From Patescibacteria group bacterium (lineage in GTDB: Bacteria; Patescibacteriota; UBA1384; XYA2-FULL-43-10; 1-14-0-10-43-13), in the NCBI GenBank assembly GCA_041671645.1, contig JBAZBD010000001.1:265357-329356 (forward strand): a stretch of DNA of 64,000 bases, read 5' to 3'. Both the position numbers and the translations under genes were made by a program. The notes under the pieces were generated by a model, which searched no databases, had not been told where the DNA came from, and worked only from the letters and a program-made list of their open reading frames with translations. This document shows positions 17,076-26,942 of the stretch, piece after piece (position 1 is the stretch's first letter; each line of letters opens with the position of its first letter).

Positions 17076-18833
17076 ATGAATTCAAACGAATTACGACAGA
17101 AATTTCTAAAATATTTTGAGGGGGAAGGACATAAAGTCTTGCCCTCTTCTTCTCTTGTGCCCGGCGAGACCGATCCGACCGTTCTTTTCACCACAGCTGG
17201 CATGCATCAATTCAAGCGCTATTATTCTGAGCCTCTCGAGGCGCCGTCAGCTCGGGTTACGACAAGTCAAAAATGTGTTCGAACGGGCGATATTGATGAA
17301 GTGGGCGATAAGACTCACCTGACTTTCTTTGAGATGTTGGGCAATTTTTCTTTTGGTTACCCAGAGACAGAACACTCATATTTCAAGAAAGAATCGATCG
17401 ATTTCGCTTGGCGTTTCCTGACAGATGAACTTGGGCTTGATAAGAAAAGAATTTACGCCACATATTTTCAGGGTGAAAACGGAGTAGCGGAGGATCGAGA
17501 GTCATTTGATATTCTGAAAACGATTGAAGGTTTGGACGAGATCAAACCTCAGGGTTTTGATGACAACTTCTGGTCGCTTGGCACAGAGAATTCACCAGGC
17601 GGACCGACAGTCGAATTTTATGTTGATGGCGTCGAGGTCTGGAATTTGGTTTTCAACGAATACACTTTCATCGGTGGCGAATACAAACCTGCCAAGTTCA
17701 AGGGCGTTGACACTGGCATGGGGTTTGAGCGCTTACTTTGTTCTCTAAATAAAGATTTGGATAGTGTTTATCATACTGATTTATTCGATGCGGCACACAA
17801 GAAATTGCATGAACTTCTAAAAAATGAAGATGTCACTGCCGAAAGAGTCATTCTCGATCATATCCGTGCTGCGATTTTCATTATCAACGATGGTGTCGTG
17901 CCCTCAAACAAGGACAAGGGCTACGTCCTGCGCCGCTTGATCCGTCGAGCGATAGTGAAAGCTCAGCAAATCGGTATTACCGAAAATTTTGTTATCAAAA
18001 TAGCAGAACAATATTTTTCTTCCTATGAAGGTGTTTATTCTTTTGACCAGCCGACAATACTTGGTGAATTGGAGAAGGAGGAGGGCAAATTTCGTCATAC
18101 CCTTAGAGCGGGTTTGAAAAAGTTCGAAATAATGAAAACACTTAAGGAAAATTCAATTAAATCAACGACTTCCGCAGCATTTTTTAATGGCAAAGAGTTA
18201 TTCGATCTTTATCAATCAGATGGTTTTCCTCTCGAATTAAGCCTTGAATTGGCTAAAGAGGCTGGTTTGCCAGTTCGGGATCAAGAGGTTGAACTTTTTA
18301 AGCATTTATCGAAATCCCATCAGGAGCTTTCACGTACTGCTTCTGCGGGTATGTTCAAGGGCGGATTGGCTGAAGCTGGCGAGATTACGACCAAATATCA
18401 CACCGCGACTCACTTACTCTTGGCGGCACTTCGCCAGGTCTTGGGAGACCATGTATTCCAAAAAGGCTCTAACATTACAGCTGAGCGGATGAGATTCGAC
18501 TTTTCCCACCCAGACAAGATGACGCCAGAGCAGATCGAAGAAGTTGAGAAAATTGTAAATCAGAAGATTGATGAAGATTTGACTGTTTCAATGGAGGAGA
18601 TGAGCCTCGAAGACGCCAAAGCTTCAGGGGCAATGGGAGTTTTCGAGAACAAATATGGCGATAAGGTCAAAGTATACACGATCGGGCAAACACCTCACAT
18701 ATCTGAGGTGTTTAGTCGCGAGATGTGCGGCGGGCCTCATGTCACCCGCACTGGCGAGCTTGGCCAATTCAAAATATCGAAGGAAGAAGCCTCCTCTTCT
18801 GGAGTCAGAAGAATCAAGGCAGTTCTCAAATAA
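17076..18833 (+). CDS. alaS: Alanyl-tRNA synthetase, short form (catalytic + tRNA-recognition + editing domains, no C-Ala domain)
   Basis: MNSNELRQKFLKYFEGEGHKVLPSSSLVP..DPTVLFTTAGMHQFK...FEMLGNFSFG. The C-terminal editing domain carries HTATHLL...CGGPH. Total about 585 aa. Confidence 0.85.
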   Translation: MNSNELRQKFLKYFEGEGHKVLPSSSLVPGETDPTVLFTTAGMHQFKRYYSEPLEAPSARVTTSQKCVRTGDIDEVGDKTHLTFFEMLGNFSFGYPETEHSYFKKESIDFAWRFLTDELGLDKKRIYATYFQGENGVAEDRESFDILKTIEGLDEIKPQGFDDNFWSLGTENSPGGPTVEFYVDGVEVWNLVFNEYTFIGGEYKPAKFKGVDTGMGFERLLCSLNKDLDSVYHTDLFDAAHKKLHELLKNEDVTAERVILDHIRAAIFIINDGVVPSNKDKGYVLRRLIRRAIVKAQQIGITENFVIKIAEQYFSSYEGVYSFDQPTILGELEKEEGKFRHTLRAGLKKFEIMKTLKENSIKSTTSAAFFNGKELFDLYQSDGFPLELSLELAKEAGLPVRDQEVELFKHLSKSHQELSRTASAGMFKGGLAEAGEITTKYHTATHLLLAALRQVLGDHVFQKGSNITAERMRFDFSHPDKMTPEQIEEVEKIVNQKIDEDLTVSMEEMSLEDAKASGAMGVFENKYGDKVKVYTIGQTPHISEVFSREMCGGPHVTRTGELGQFKISKEEASSSGVRRIKAVLK

Positions 18834-18852
18834 ATTATTCTACTACGAAAAT

Positions 18853-18875
18853 AGCCGCTCGTGCGGCTTTTTTGG
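18853..18875 (+). terminator. Rho-independent terminator after alaS
   Basis: AGCCGC-TCGT-GCGGCT followed by TTTTTT. Confidence 0.7.
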
Positions 18876-18972
18876 TTGACTAAAAAGCCAAATTGTTGTA
18901 CGATGTAGTGTCGTTTGCAACGACCGACATCAATCGTGACCAATGTGGCACGTTGTCGAAGGGGGTTTCCCC

Positions 18973-19791
18973 ATGAAAACATTTTTGGCGAGGCTTCTCG
19001 TCACTGCTATCGGGATTCCCCTGACGATCACATCGATCTTCTTGGGGGACAAGGACTTTTTCTTTGTCATGGTCTTGGTCACTGTTGTCCTTATGGCCAA
19101 CGAATTCTCAGACATGGCAGGAGAAAAGGAATACCTCAAGTGGTCATCTATCGTGACTGCCGTGGCTGCCTACATGGTAGCTTACGCCAGCATTACCGAT
19201 GGCTTTGAGCAGATAATTCTTTGCCTGGCTGGCGCAACCATTATTTTTCTGGGAGCAGAGGTTCTATCCAAGAAGCTCTGGGTCGAACGGGACAATCCGT
19301 TGCGACTCATTCTTTATCTGGGAGTTTTGTCGGCGTTTCTTGCTGCTATTCGTGCCATTCCAGGTGACACAATAGTGCTTGGCTTCCAGACAGGCATAGG
19401 CTCGATCCTGGTCCTAGACTTCCTCTGTGTGGTCTGGGCGATGGATATCTTCGCCTATCTGATCGGTCGGAAGATCGAAAGCCCACATCTTTGCCCTGAA
19501 ATTAGTGCAGGCAAGACGATTGGTGGCAGTATCGCTGGTTTCGCCGTGGCGGTGATCGTGGCGGCTTTGTTCGCCTTCGTACTTCACAAACCTTCACTGG
19601 TCATTATCGGACCAGTTGTAGGCATCCTCGGTCAAATCGGGGATCTGGTCGAATCTTTGCTGAAAAGGAAGTTTGGGGTGAAGGATTCGGGAACACTATT
19701 TCCCGGACATGGCGGAATGTTGGATCGGCTTGATAGCGTGATCTATTCTGCCCCGGTAGTTTATTTCCTTTTCCGTTTAATCGGATTTTGA
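18973..19791 (+). CDS. cdsA: Phosphatidate cytidylyltransferase
   Basis: Multi-TM protein with the C-terminal CTP-transferase signature FPGHGGMLDRLDS. Confidence 0.8.
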   Translation: MKTFLARLLVTAIGIPLTITSIFLGDKDFFFVMVLVTVVLMANEFSDMAGEKEYLKWSSIVTAVAAYMVAYASITDGFEQIILCLAGATIIFLGAEVLSKKLWVERDNPLRLILYLGVLSAFLAAIRAIPGDTIVLGFQTGIGSILVLDFLCVVWAMDIFAYLIGRKIESPHLCPEISAGKTIGGSIAGFAVAVIVAALFAFVLHKPSLVIIGPVVGILGQIGDLVESLLKRKFGVKDSGTLFPGHGGMLDRLDSVIYSAPVVYFLFRLIGF

Positions 19792-19806
19792 GTAAGGAGG
19801 TGCGAT

Positions 19807-20079
19807 ATGGCACTTGATGCCAATCTTAGTCTAAATCGCCCTCATTACGAGAGGGTGAATAGAGCCCACGTGGTAGAGCCAAGCACCGTTGAGATAATTG
19901 TCCGCCACGGTCGAGTGGTACATTTACTCTGTAAAGACGATAAAACAGCTCACAGACTCTGCAAAGCTATTGACGATAGGATCAGGGCAACCATTGTGTA
20001 TTACCTGGAACTTGTCCAAGGTACCAAAGCCGTCTGTGGTATCAGGCTCAAGCAGGCGATTGGACCTGAGAACTTTTAA
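19807..20079 (+). CDS. Hypothetical small protein (90 aa)
   Basis: Strong SD AAGGAGG 7 nt upstream and a terminator downstream. No recognisable domain. Confidence 0.45.
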   Translation: MALDANLSLNRPHYERVNRAHVVEPSTVEIIVRHGRVVHLLCKDDKTAHRLCKAIDDRIRATIVYYLELVQGTKAVCGIRLKQAIGPENF

Positions 20080-20093
20080 GAAAAAATATCTAG

Positions 20094-20126
20094 CCCGCGG
20101 CAAAATTGCCGCGGGTCTTCTATTTA
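20094..20126 (+). terminator. Putative terminator hairpin
   Basis: CCCGCGGC-AAAATT-GCCGCGGG followed by a T-rich tract. Confidence 0.45.
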
Positions 20127-20281
20127 TCGGGCCATATTCTATTGCTATTTCAACACTTTTCTATTATATTGCACAGTATAGGAGGGCTGAATCAGATTCG
20201 AAGTGATTGAGCTCTTTTTGTACTTAGTCGGCAACTGTCGGCTAAACAATTTGTCTCCGACTTGATCGGAGCTGTGCTTCC

Positions 20282-21274
20282 GTGAAAACGGAAAAGGAAA
20301 AAGGTATTGAACCAATGGAAAGAAAATTTATGGATCTCCTCCATGGTCAATGGGACGCTGGGAAATTCTCTTGTGTGGGTCTGGACACTAATCACCGGGA
20401 AATTTCCGATGAGATTAAGGCTTCTTTGGCAAATGCAGTAGGCTCGACGTCTGTTGCCATTGTCAGGCGATTTAATCGCAAGATTATCGAAGCAACGGCA
20501 GACCTGGCTGGGATGTACAAGCCAAACATTGCGTTTTATGAGGCGTTAGGATCTCAAGGTCTGGACGTGCTACGATCGACAGTGGCCTATATCCACCAGG
20601 TTGCTCCGCAAGTGCCGGTGATATTGGATGCTAAGAGGGCCGACATCGGCTCGACAAACAAGGGTTATGTCGACATGATCGACTGGCTTGGGGCCGATGC
20701 TATCACTGCCCACCCGTATCTCGGGAGCGAAGCGTTGGGACCATTTCTGGAACGTAAAGACAAAGGTGTTATTGTCCTTTGTCGAACCTCGAACCCAGGT
20801 GCCAAAGAGTTGCAAAATTATTTTGTCATTGTAAAAACGGGCGATGAGCATAGATTTTTCTTTGAGAATAATTTGGCGAATCATCTTGCGATTGATTATC
20901 GCGATACTCCTAACAACGCAACGTCTCATCAAATTGCCGTTCCTCTCTACCAGCATTTGGCTTACAAGATAAGCACCGCGTGGAATGGTAATGGCAATTG
21001 CTGTCTCGTCGTCGGAGCGACTTATCCGGAAGAGATGGCAATCGTTCGCAAGATTGCGCCCAAACTCCCATTCCTAATACCAGGAGTAGGGAAACAAGGT
21101 GGCACCGCTACTGATGCCGTGAAAAACGGGAAGGATGCGAATGGCCAAGGGATGATTATCAATAGCTCCCGTGGCATCATCTTCGCCTCCAAGGGCATTG
21201 ATTTTCCAACCGTTGCTCGAGAGCAACTCGAAGCTCTCAATGACGAAATTCGCCAGGCGCTTGAAGTCGCCTGA
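20282..21274 (+). CDS. pyrF: Orotidine 5'-phosphate decarboxylase, type 2 (long form)
   Basis: YKPNIAFYEALGSQGLDVL...VILDAKRADIGSTNKGY...ITAHPYLG. The start could be the internal M at 20315. Confidence 0.75.
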   Translation: MKTEKEKGIEPMERKFMDLLHGQWDAGKFSCVGLDTNHREISDEIKASLANAVGSTSVAIVRRFNRKIIEATADLAGMYKPNIAFYEALGSQGLDVLRSTVAYIHQVAPQVPVILDAKRADIGSTNKGYVDMIDWLGADAITAHPYLGSEALGPFLERKDKGVIVLCRTSNPGAKELQNYFVIVKTGDEHRFFFENNLANHLAIDYRDTPNNATSHQIAVPLYQHLAYKISTAWNGNGNCCLVVGATYPEEMAIVRKIAPKLPFLIPGVGKQGGTATDAVKNGKDANGQGMIINSSRGIIFASKGIDFPTVAREQLEALNDEIRQALEVA

Positions 21275-21287
21275 AAGGAGCATAATT

Positions 21288-22043
21288 ATGACTGAACAAG
21301 AGAAAGACTTGATGCAGCCTTTGTTTGTCAGGGGCGGATACTACGATTGCCCCAAGGACCCAGAGGGCATTCGAATGGGGCCGATGGTCGGCTATGCCGG
21401 ACTCGGCGCTAACGGCCTGCAGAAGGTCGGAGACAAATACTTCGATTATTCAACAATCGAAGGTACCGTTCACAACGAGGCGTTTGCTGCTGTGATCGCA
21501 AAGGCGGTTTTTAAGGAATTGAATCCTGAAAGTGTTGTAGTATATGGCATGCCGATGGGCGGTATATATTTAGCTGGCGAAGTGGCACGTTGGCTTCGGT
21601 TTTACACAGAGGCCGAAGCGGCTTTTATGGAAAAAAAGGTTACCGCCTTGGCGACAGAGAGCATCCGTGAGCAGTCGATCTTGTCCTTCGGACGTTATGC
21701 GCCGAAACCGGGCCAGAAAATTCTTCTCTGCGATGATGTTTTCAATAACGGCACCACTACAGGTCTTGCGATTGACATGTTTGAAGAGGCCGGGGCAGAA
21801 GTCATCGGGATACTTTGTGCCATTAATCGGTCATGGCCTTCTATCACTGCTTATGAACGTAAAGGGGACAAGCCGGCGGTTGCAATTATCGCCGGAGTTA
21901 CGCTTCCGACAGAGCAGTGGGAGCAGTCCGATCCGAAGGTTGCAAGCGATTTGAAGCGTTTCCCATTAGTTAAGAAGCCGAAAATGGCACGCAAGGAGTT
22001 GCAGAAGATCATGGCCGATCTCATGTACGGCCAGGTTACCTAA
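21288..22043 (+). CDS. pyrE: Orotate phosphoribosyltransferase-like PRTase
   Basis: PRPP-binding loop KILLCDDVFNNGTTTG. RBS AAGGAG. Lies directly after pyrF. Confidence 0.6.
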   Translation: MTEQEKDLMQPLFVRGGYYDCPKDPEGIRMGPMVGYAGLGANGLQKVGDKYFDYSTIEGTVHNEAFAAVIAKAVFKELNPESVVVYGMPMGGIYLAGEVARWLRFYTEAEAAFMEKKVTALATESIREQSILSFGRYAPKPGQKILLCDDVFNNGTTTGLAIDMFEEAGAEVIGILCAINRSWPSITAYERKGDKPAVAIIAGVTLPTEQWEQSDPKVASDLKRFPLVKKPKMARKELQKIMADLMYGQVT

Positions 22044-22298
22044 TCACGGGGCTTGTTTGACACTGTCAGACGAGCCCTATTTTATTTGGAATCAAAAATC
22101 GTTATAATATTAGAAGCTTGTCTAACGACTACATCTGATAGCTGCGAACGGCCTATTTCGGCTACGAAACACGAATTGCTCGTCAAGGTAGAGTCATCTA
22201 CCTTTCCTCACACTTCCTGCTTCTCGCTCAAAATATTCTCGTTCTCGCCTCAAGAGTAGTCGCTAGACAAGCTTCGGAACCTTAAGCGAGGGATTTTT

Positions 22299-23546
22299 GT
22301 GGCACTATTTGGAAACAAGAAAAAGCATTATGCCATCGGGCTGGATATCGGCACTGAGTATGTCAAAGTGCTTGTTTTCTATGTTCAGGACGACGTCGCA
22401 CATGTGATTGGGACGGGCAAACAACGCCAACAGCTCTCTGATATGCAGGGCGGGCGAGTGACTGATATTTATGGTGTGACCAAGAATTGCGAAGCGGCCC
22501 TCGAGCAAGCCTTCGAAGAAGCCAAAGTGGCGCCACGACAGTGTGTTGTCGGTATTGCTGGTGAATTGGTCAAGGGCGCGACTACCACGATTCATTATCG
22601 TCGCGAGAATCCAACCGAGAAAATCACAATCAAAGAATTACGCGAAATTATCGAGCAAGTTCAACAGCGAGCATTTGACAAGATTAAGGATCAAATTACC
22701 TGGGAGACAGGCCAATCTGAGGTTGACGTGAAATTGGTCAATTCAGCTGTGGTCGACGTCAAAATCGATGGCTACAAAGTGACCAACCCAGTTGGTTTCC
22801 AGGGTCGAGATGTGCTGGTCGGAATCTTCAACGCATTTGCTCCAATCGTTCATACGGGCGCGATACAGACTATTACCGAAGAATTAAAACTTGATTTACT
22901 CTCGATTGTTGCTGAGCCTTATGCGGTGGCCAAAAGTGTCGGACTGGAGGATTCAGCTGAATTCTCTTCTATTTTTATAGACATTGGCGGCGGTACGACC
23001 GATATTGCGGTTGTGCGTGGCGGCGGGCTCGAGGGGACAGAAATGTTTGGCATTGGCGGACGCGTTTTCACCAAGTCGATTGCTGACGCTACGGACAAGA
23101 CTTTCGCCGAGGCGGAGAAATTAAAATTGGATTATTCTGCCGGCAAGATAGACAAGAGCTCAGAGCTTGGCAAATTGATCAAGAATACAGTTCGCGAGAA
23201 TTGCGAAGTCTGGCTCGGTGGGGTAGAATTAGCTTTGGAAGAGTTCACAAATGTCGAGATGTTGCCTAGCAAGATCATGCTTTGCGGTGGCGGCTCGCTT
23301 TTGCCCGAAATTTCCGAGTTTTTGTCTGAGAAGGGCTGGACCGAAAATTTGCCTTTTTCAAGACGGCCAAAAGTAGATTTCATCAAACCATCCGAAGTTG
23401 CGACAGTTGTTGACGAAACTGGTAAGCTCAAAGGAGCCCAGGATATCACGCCAATGGCTCTGGCTAATTTGGCGATTGACCTGGCCGGTGAAGAAAAAGT
23501 GGGGGATGGGATTATGGACAAGATACTTTCAGGGCTTCGGTCATAA
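22299..23546 (+). CDS. ftsA: Cell-division actin-fold ATPase FtsA-like
   Basis: YAIGLDIGTEYVKVLVF (phosphate 1), IFIDIGGGTTDIAVV (phosphate 2) and an S2 subdomain similar to FtsA (KVTNPVGFQGRDVLVGIF). Length 415 aa. Confidence 0.6.
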   Translation: MALFGNKKKHYAIGLDIGTEYVKVLVFYVQDDVAHVIGTGKQRQQLSDMQGGRVTDIYGVTKNCEAALEQAFEEAKVAPRQCVVGIAGELVKGATTTIHYRRENPTEKITIKELREIIEQVQQRAFDKIKDQITWETGQSEVDVKLVNSAVVDVKIDGYKVTNPVGFQGRDVLVGIFNAFAPIVHTGAIQTITEELKLDLLSIVAEPYAVAKSVGLEDSAEFSSIFIDIGGGTTDIAVVRGGGLEGTEMFGIGGRVFTKSIADATDKTFAEAEKLKLDYSAGKIDKSSELGKLIKNTVRENCEVWLGGVELALEEFTNVEMLPSKIMLCGGGSLLPEISEFLSEKGWTENLPFSRRPKVDFIKPSEVATVVDETGKLKGAQDITPMALANLAIDLAGEEKVGDGIMDKILSGLRS

Positions 23547-23551
23547 CCGAA

Positions 23552-23615
23552 GAATTTCTAATTTCTAATTAATAATTTCTAATCAATTACTAATTACAAA
23601 TTAATAATTGAATAA
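23552..23615. repeat. AT-rich intergenic repeat array (reverse orientation of the 13574 family)
   Basis: AATTTCTAATTTCTAATTAATAATTTCTAATCAATTACTAATTAC. Confidence 0.5.
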
Positions 23616-23642
23616 AAATTGAGAAGTAAGATTTAAGAATTA

Positions 23643-25460
23643 TTGATGAATCAGGTTTTTTACATCGAAGCAGATGAGGAGATAACGAAAGTTATCAAAC
23701 GGATGAAAAGCTCCGACAAAGAGGGCGTGATTTTCGTGATCCCTCGTGGCAGTAGCTTGGGCCAGAGTGTCGTAAATCTGAAATTGCTCAAGAGAAGCGC
23801 CCGTGACACGAAGAAGGCTTTGGGTATCGTGACCTCTGATTCAGCGACCAAAAATTTGGCTGACCAAATCGGCGTGACCGTATTTTCCAAAGTGAGCGAG
23901 GCAGAAAAAGCGCCACTTGACATGGAGAAAGCTGTAGATAAAGCGAAAGATACGGCCAATCTCAAAGTGAATACTTACCAGAAATATAGTCTTGGCGGTG
24001 CGAGCGAGTCGGCCAAGGAAGATGAAATTAATGCTCCAGAGCCGAAAGCAGAAGAAGAGCCCGAGGATGAGGCGGCTGTTCTGGAAGCTGGACAATCAGA
24101 GGAAGCGGAGTTATCTTCAGAGGAAGAGGAAGTGCCAGAGGCAGTCGAAAGTCGAAAGTCGAAAGTCGAAAGTGAGGAAGCAGAAGAGGAAGTCGAAAGT
24201 CAGGAGCAAGACGAACAGACAGAAGAACCAATTAAACCGCGCAAAGAGCCAGAGGCGGCTCCGGAGTTTAAGAAAGTGAAAGATATGAGGAGAAAAAGCA
24301 AAAAACCATTGATTATTTTGTTGTCTGCTGTTGTCCTTGTTGCCCTTGGCGCGGCCTATGTTTTCCTACCGAAAGCCAGTATTTCTCTACTTGTAGACAG
24401 CCGAGACGTCTCGCTTGATTACAAGGTAATAGTCGACAAAAATCAGGACAGCGCAAATCTCGAAAAAATGTCATTCTCAGGTCAAATTGTTGAATTGTCA
24501 AAGGATGGCGCCAAACAATACGACGCAACTGGCGCCAAGGATATGGGAACGAAAGCTAGCGGTACAATTACCATTACCAATTCTCTGCTCACAAACCAAG
24601 TCTTGCCTGCTGGCACGAAGGTCACGTCAAGTGATGGCAAAGTTTTTATTATCGCAAAAGGAGTGATTGCGCCTGCAGCAACTTTAATTCAAGCTACTTG
24701 CAAGGTTTCGCTGACTGGGACAGTGGAGTGTGATAGCAACCCAGGCACGATCGATGCTGGCGTTACAGCTGATCAGAATGGTGAAGCCTACAATCTGGCC
24801 GTCAACACGAGTTTTACTGTTGGCAAGATGACAGCCACCAACAAAGCGGCTTTTGTCGGAGGTTTGACCAAAACACAGAAGTTTGTGACGGAGGAAGATC
24901 TCGCAAACGCCTCCAAAGACCTATCGGCCAAAATCAAAACTGATAATGCCGCCGAGTTTACAAAGTTAGTGACTGATAGCAATCTCAAGGTCTTTGAGAA
25001 AAGCCAGGGCGAAGAAGTGATTACTCAGAGCGCGGACAAGAAGGCAAATGACGAAGCTGATGTGTTTCAGTACAGCATGAAACTCAAGATGTTTGCGGTC
25101 GGCTTCGAAGAGTCAAATTTGGAGGAATTCGCAACCAAATATATCGAGTCCAACATTCTAGCCGACGAAGCGGTTCTGGATCAGAAGAGTGTCTCAACCA
25201 CTTATAAGTTTGCGGATGCGAGCTTGGCTAACGGCACAATCAACCTAGACATTACTAGCGCGGCCAAAGTCGGACGCAAGATTGACGTCGCAAAGATCAG
25301 GAGCAGCTTGGTCAACAAAAGCAAGACGGAGGCAAAGAATTATCTGATGGGACTGCCTGGAGTGAACGAAGCGACGGTCAAGGCGACTCCTTCATCTCTA
25401 CCGCTCTTGCCATATTTCAAGAACAATATTTCAATAAACTTTGATTACAAAACAAAATAA
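23643..25460 (+). CDS. Hypothetical bitopic protein: cytoplasmic N-domain, acidic repeat linker, one TM helix, large extracytoplasmic domain
   Basis: N-terminal domain of about 90 aa (VIFVIPRGSSLGQSVVNLKLLKRSARD), a Glu/Lys-rich linker containing the DNA heptamer array, a TM helix LIILLSAVVLVALGAAYVFL and a C-terminal domain of about 370 aa. Occupies the position usually held by ftsZ after ftsA. Confidence 0.5.
   Translation: MMNQVFYIEADEEITKVIKRMKSSDKEGVIFVIPRGSSLGQSVVNLKLLKRSARDTKKALGIVTSDSATKNLADQIGVTVFSKVSEAEKAPLDMEKAVDKAKDTANLKVNTYQKYSLGGASESAKEDEINAPEPKAEEEPEDEAAVLEAGQSEEAELSSEEEEVPEAVESRKSKVESEEAEEEVESQEQDEQTEEPIKPRKEPEAAPEFKKVKDMRRKSKKPLIILLSAVVLVALGAAYVFLPKASISLLVDSRDVSLDYKVIVDKNQDSANLEKMSFSGQIVELSKDGAKQYDATGAKDMGTKASGTITITNSLLTNQVLPAGTKVTSSDGKVFIIAKGVIAPAATLIQATCKVSLTGTVECDSNPGTIDAGVTADQNGEAYNLAVNTSFTVGKMTATNKAAFVGGLTKTQKFVTEEDLANASKDLSAKIKTDNAAEFTKLVTDSNLKVFEKSQGEEVITQSADKKANDEADVFQYSMKLKMFAVGFEESNLEEFATKYIESNILADEAVLDQKSVSTTYKFADASLANGTINLDITSAAKVGRKIDVAKIRSSLVNKSKTEAKNYLMGLPGVNEATVKATPSSLPLLPYFKNNISINFDYKTK
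24144..24171 (+). repeat. Perfect heptanucleotide tandem repeat (GTCGAAA x4) inside the coding sequence
   Basis: GTCGAAAGTCGAAAGTCGAAAGTCGAAA, read in-frame as VESRKSKVES. A gain or loss of one unit would shift the frame. Confidence 0.8.
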
Positions 25461-25461
25461 T

Positions 25462-25884
25462 ATGTATTTGGCGATTGATTATGGCACGAAGCGAATAGGG
25501 GCAGCGATCGGAGAGATGATACCAACTGGGCTCCCGATCATATTGAATGAAGGCGAAAAAGCCGTGTTAAGGCTTCTCGAGATTATCGAGAGAGAAGAAA
25601 TCAGCGCGATCGTTGTCGGTTTGCCGACTCGCTCTCAGGGCGAAGAAGGCACGATCTCTCCAGAGATTAGAGAGTTTGCTCGGAAGCTAAGTGAACAAGC
25701 CCACAAGCCCGTTTTCTTCGAGCCAGAGGAGCTGACATCGATGGAGGCAGAGTCCATGATCAAGCAAAATAATTTGAAATATGCAGTTGATGAATTGGCG
25801 GCTGTTCTGATCCTGGAGCAGTTTATCAATCGAGTGAATCATGAAGGTTATGATAATTTAAAGCCGGATATTGGAGTCGTTTGA
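25462..25884 (+). CDS. ruvX: Holliday-junction resolvase-like protein YqgF/RuvX
   Basis: MYLAIDYGTKRIGAAIG...IVVGLP. Confidence 0.8.
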   Translation: MYLAIDYGTKRIGAAIGEMIPTGLPIILNEGEKAVLRLLEIIEREEISAIVVGLPTRSQGEEGTISPEIREFARKLSEQAHKPVFFEPEELTSMEAESMIKQNNLKYAVDELAAVLILEQFINRVNHEGYDNLKPDIGVV

Positions 25885-26867
25885 TGGAAGAAAAAAAGAA
25901 GAAAAGCAAAATAATTTGGTGGGTCATGGGAATCGTCCTGACACTAGCGCTTGTAGCCCTCGCGCTTGTTTTTTTCTTTTTAAGCGGCGTCAGAGCGACG
26001 AACAGTTTGAGCGAGCCGACATTGATTCTGGTAAAGAACGAGGATGGAATTAATGGGATCTCTGACAAGTTGATCTCGAAAAATGTCATCGCAAGCAAAA
26101 AATTATTTTATTACTACGCCAAATTCAATCTGGTCACGATCAAGGCTGGCTATTATGAATTTCCCTCTGGCGCTAGTATCGTCTCTGTCGTCAACCAGCT
26201 TCGAGATGGCAAGACCAAGATTGTGAAGTTGACCTTTCCGGAGGGATTTCGAGCCGAGCAAATGGCGATCAGATTGGCAGATAGCAAAGTCGTCTCTTAT
26301 GCAGATTTCTTGATCGCCGCTCGGAAATATGAAGGTAAATTGTTTCCTGATACATACTTTTTCAATCCGATTATGACTGGCGAGGAAGTGGTGAAGATGA
26401 TGCTGGATGATTATTCCGATCGAACCAAAGATTTGGTTGTGACAAATCATAATCTGATTGTCGCTTCAATCGTCGAGAAAGAATCATCGAATGACGCTGA
26501 TCGACCATTGATCGCCGGAATCTATTTAAATCGCGTCAAGGCTGGCATGAAGTTGCAGTCTGACCCGACCGTTGCCTACGGTCGCGACACAAACGCCCTG
26601 GCCAAGTTGTCTGAGTCGGCCCAGAAGGAGTACACTTTTTGGAAAGCGGCCAAGACGGTGGAATTTACGAGTGTGATTTCGCCATACAATACTTATCTAA
26701 ATAGCTTGCCCATTGGCCCGATCTGCAATCCAGGGATCAAAAGCATTGAAGCGACGTTAAACCCACAAACTAGCAACTATTATTACTTCCTCTATGGGCG
26801 GGACGGCAAGATTTACCCGGCCAAAACTCAGGCCGAGCACGAAGCCAATGTTGCTAAGTATATGTAA
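25881..26867 (+). CDS. mltG: Endolytic murein transglycosylase MltG (YceG-like)
   Basis: N-terminal TM and YceG-like domain (KAGYYEF, LQSDPTVAYG, NTYLNSLPIGPICNPG). Confidence 0.75.
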   Translation: MMEEKKKKSKIIWWVMGIVLTLALVALALVFFFLSGVRATNSLSEPTLILVKNEDGINGISDKLISKNVIASKKLFYYYAKFNLVTIKAGYYEFPSGASIVSVVNQLRDGKTKIVKLTFPEGFRAEQMAIRLADSKVVSYADFLIAARKYEGKLFPDTYFFNPIMTGEEVVKMMLDDYSDRTKDLVVTNHNLIVASIVEKESSNDADRPLIAGIYLNRVKAGMKLQSDPTVAYGRDTNALAKLSESAQKEYTFWKAAKTVEFTSVISPYNTYLNSLPIGPICNPGIKSIEATLNPQTSNYYYFLYGRDGKIYPAKTQAEHEANVAKYM

Positions 26868-26942
26868 ATCAGTTTAATTGCATTTTCTCAAATAAAAAAC
26901 CGCCACGATGTAATATCGGAGCGGTGGATTTGGCGAGGGAAT

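Noticed and set aside
20130-20281. Possible PyrR-binding attenuator or riboswitch in the pyrF leader
   Set aside because: Small hairpins are present, but I could not match the PyrR binding-loop consensus or any riboswitch class by eye. The case is too weak to call.
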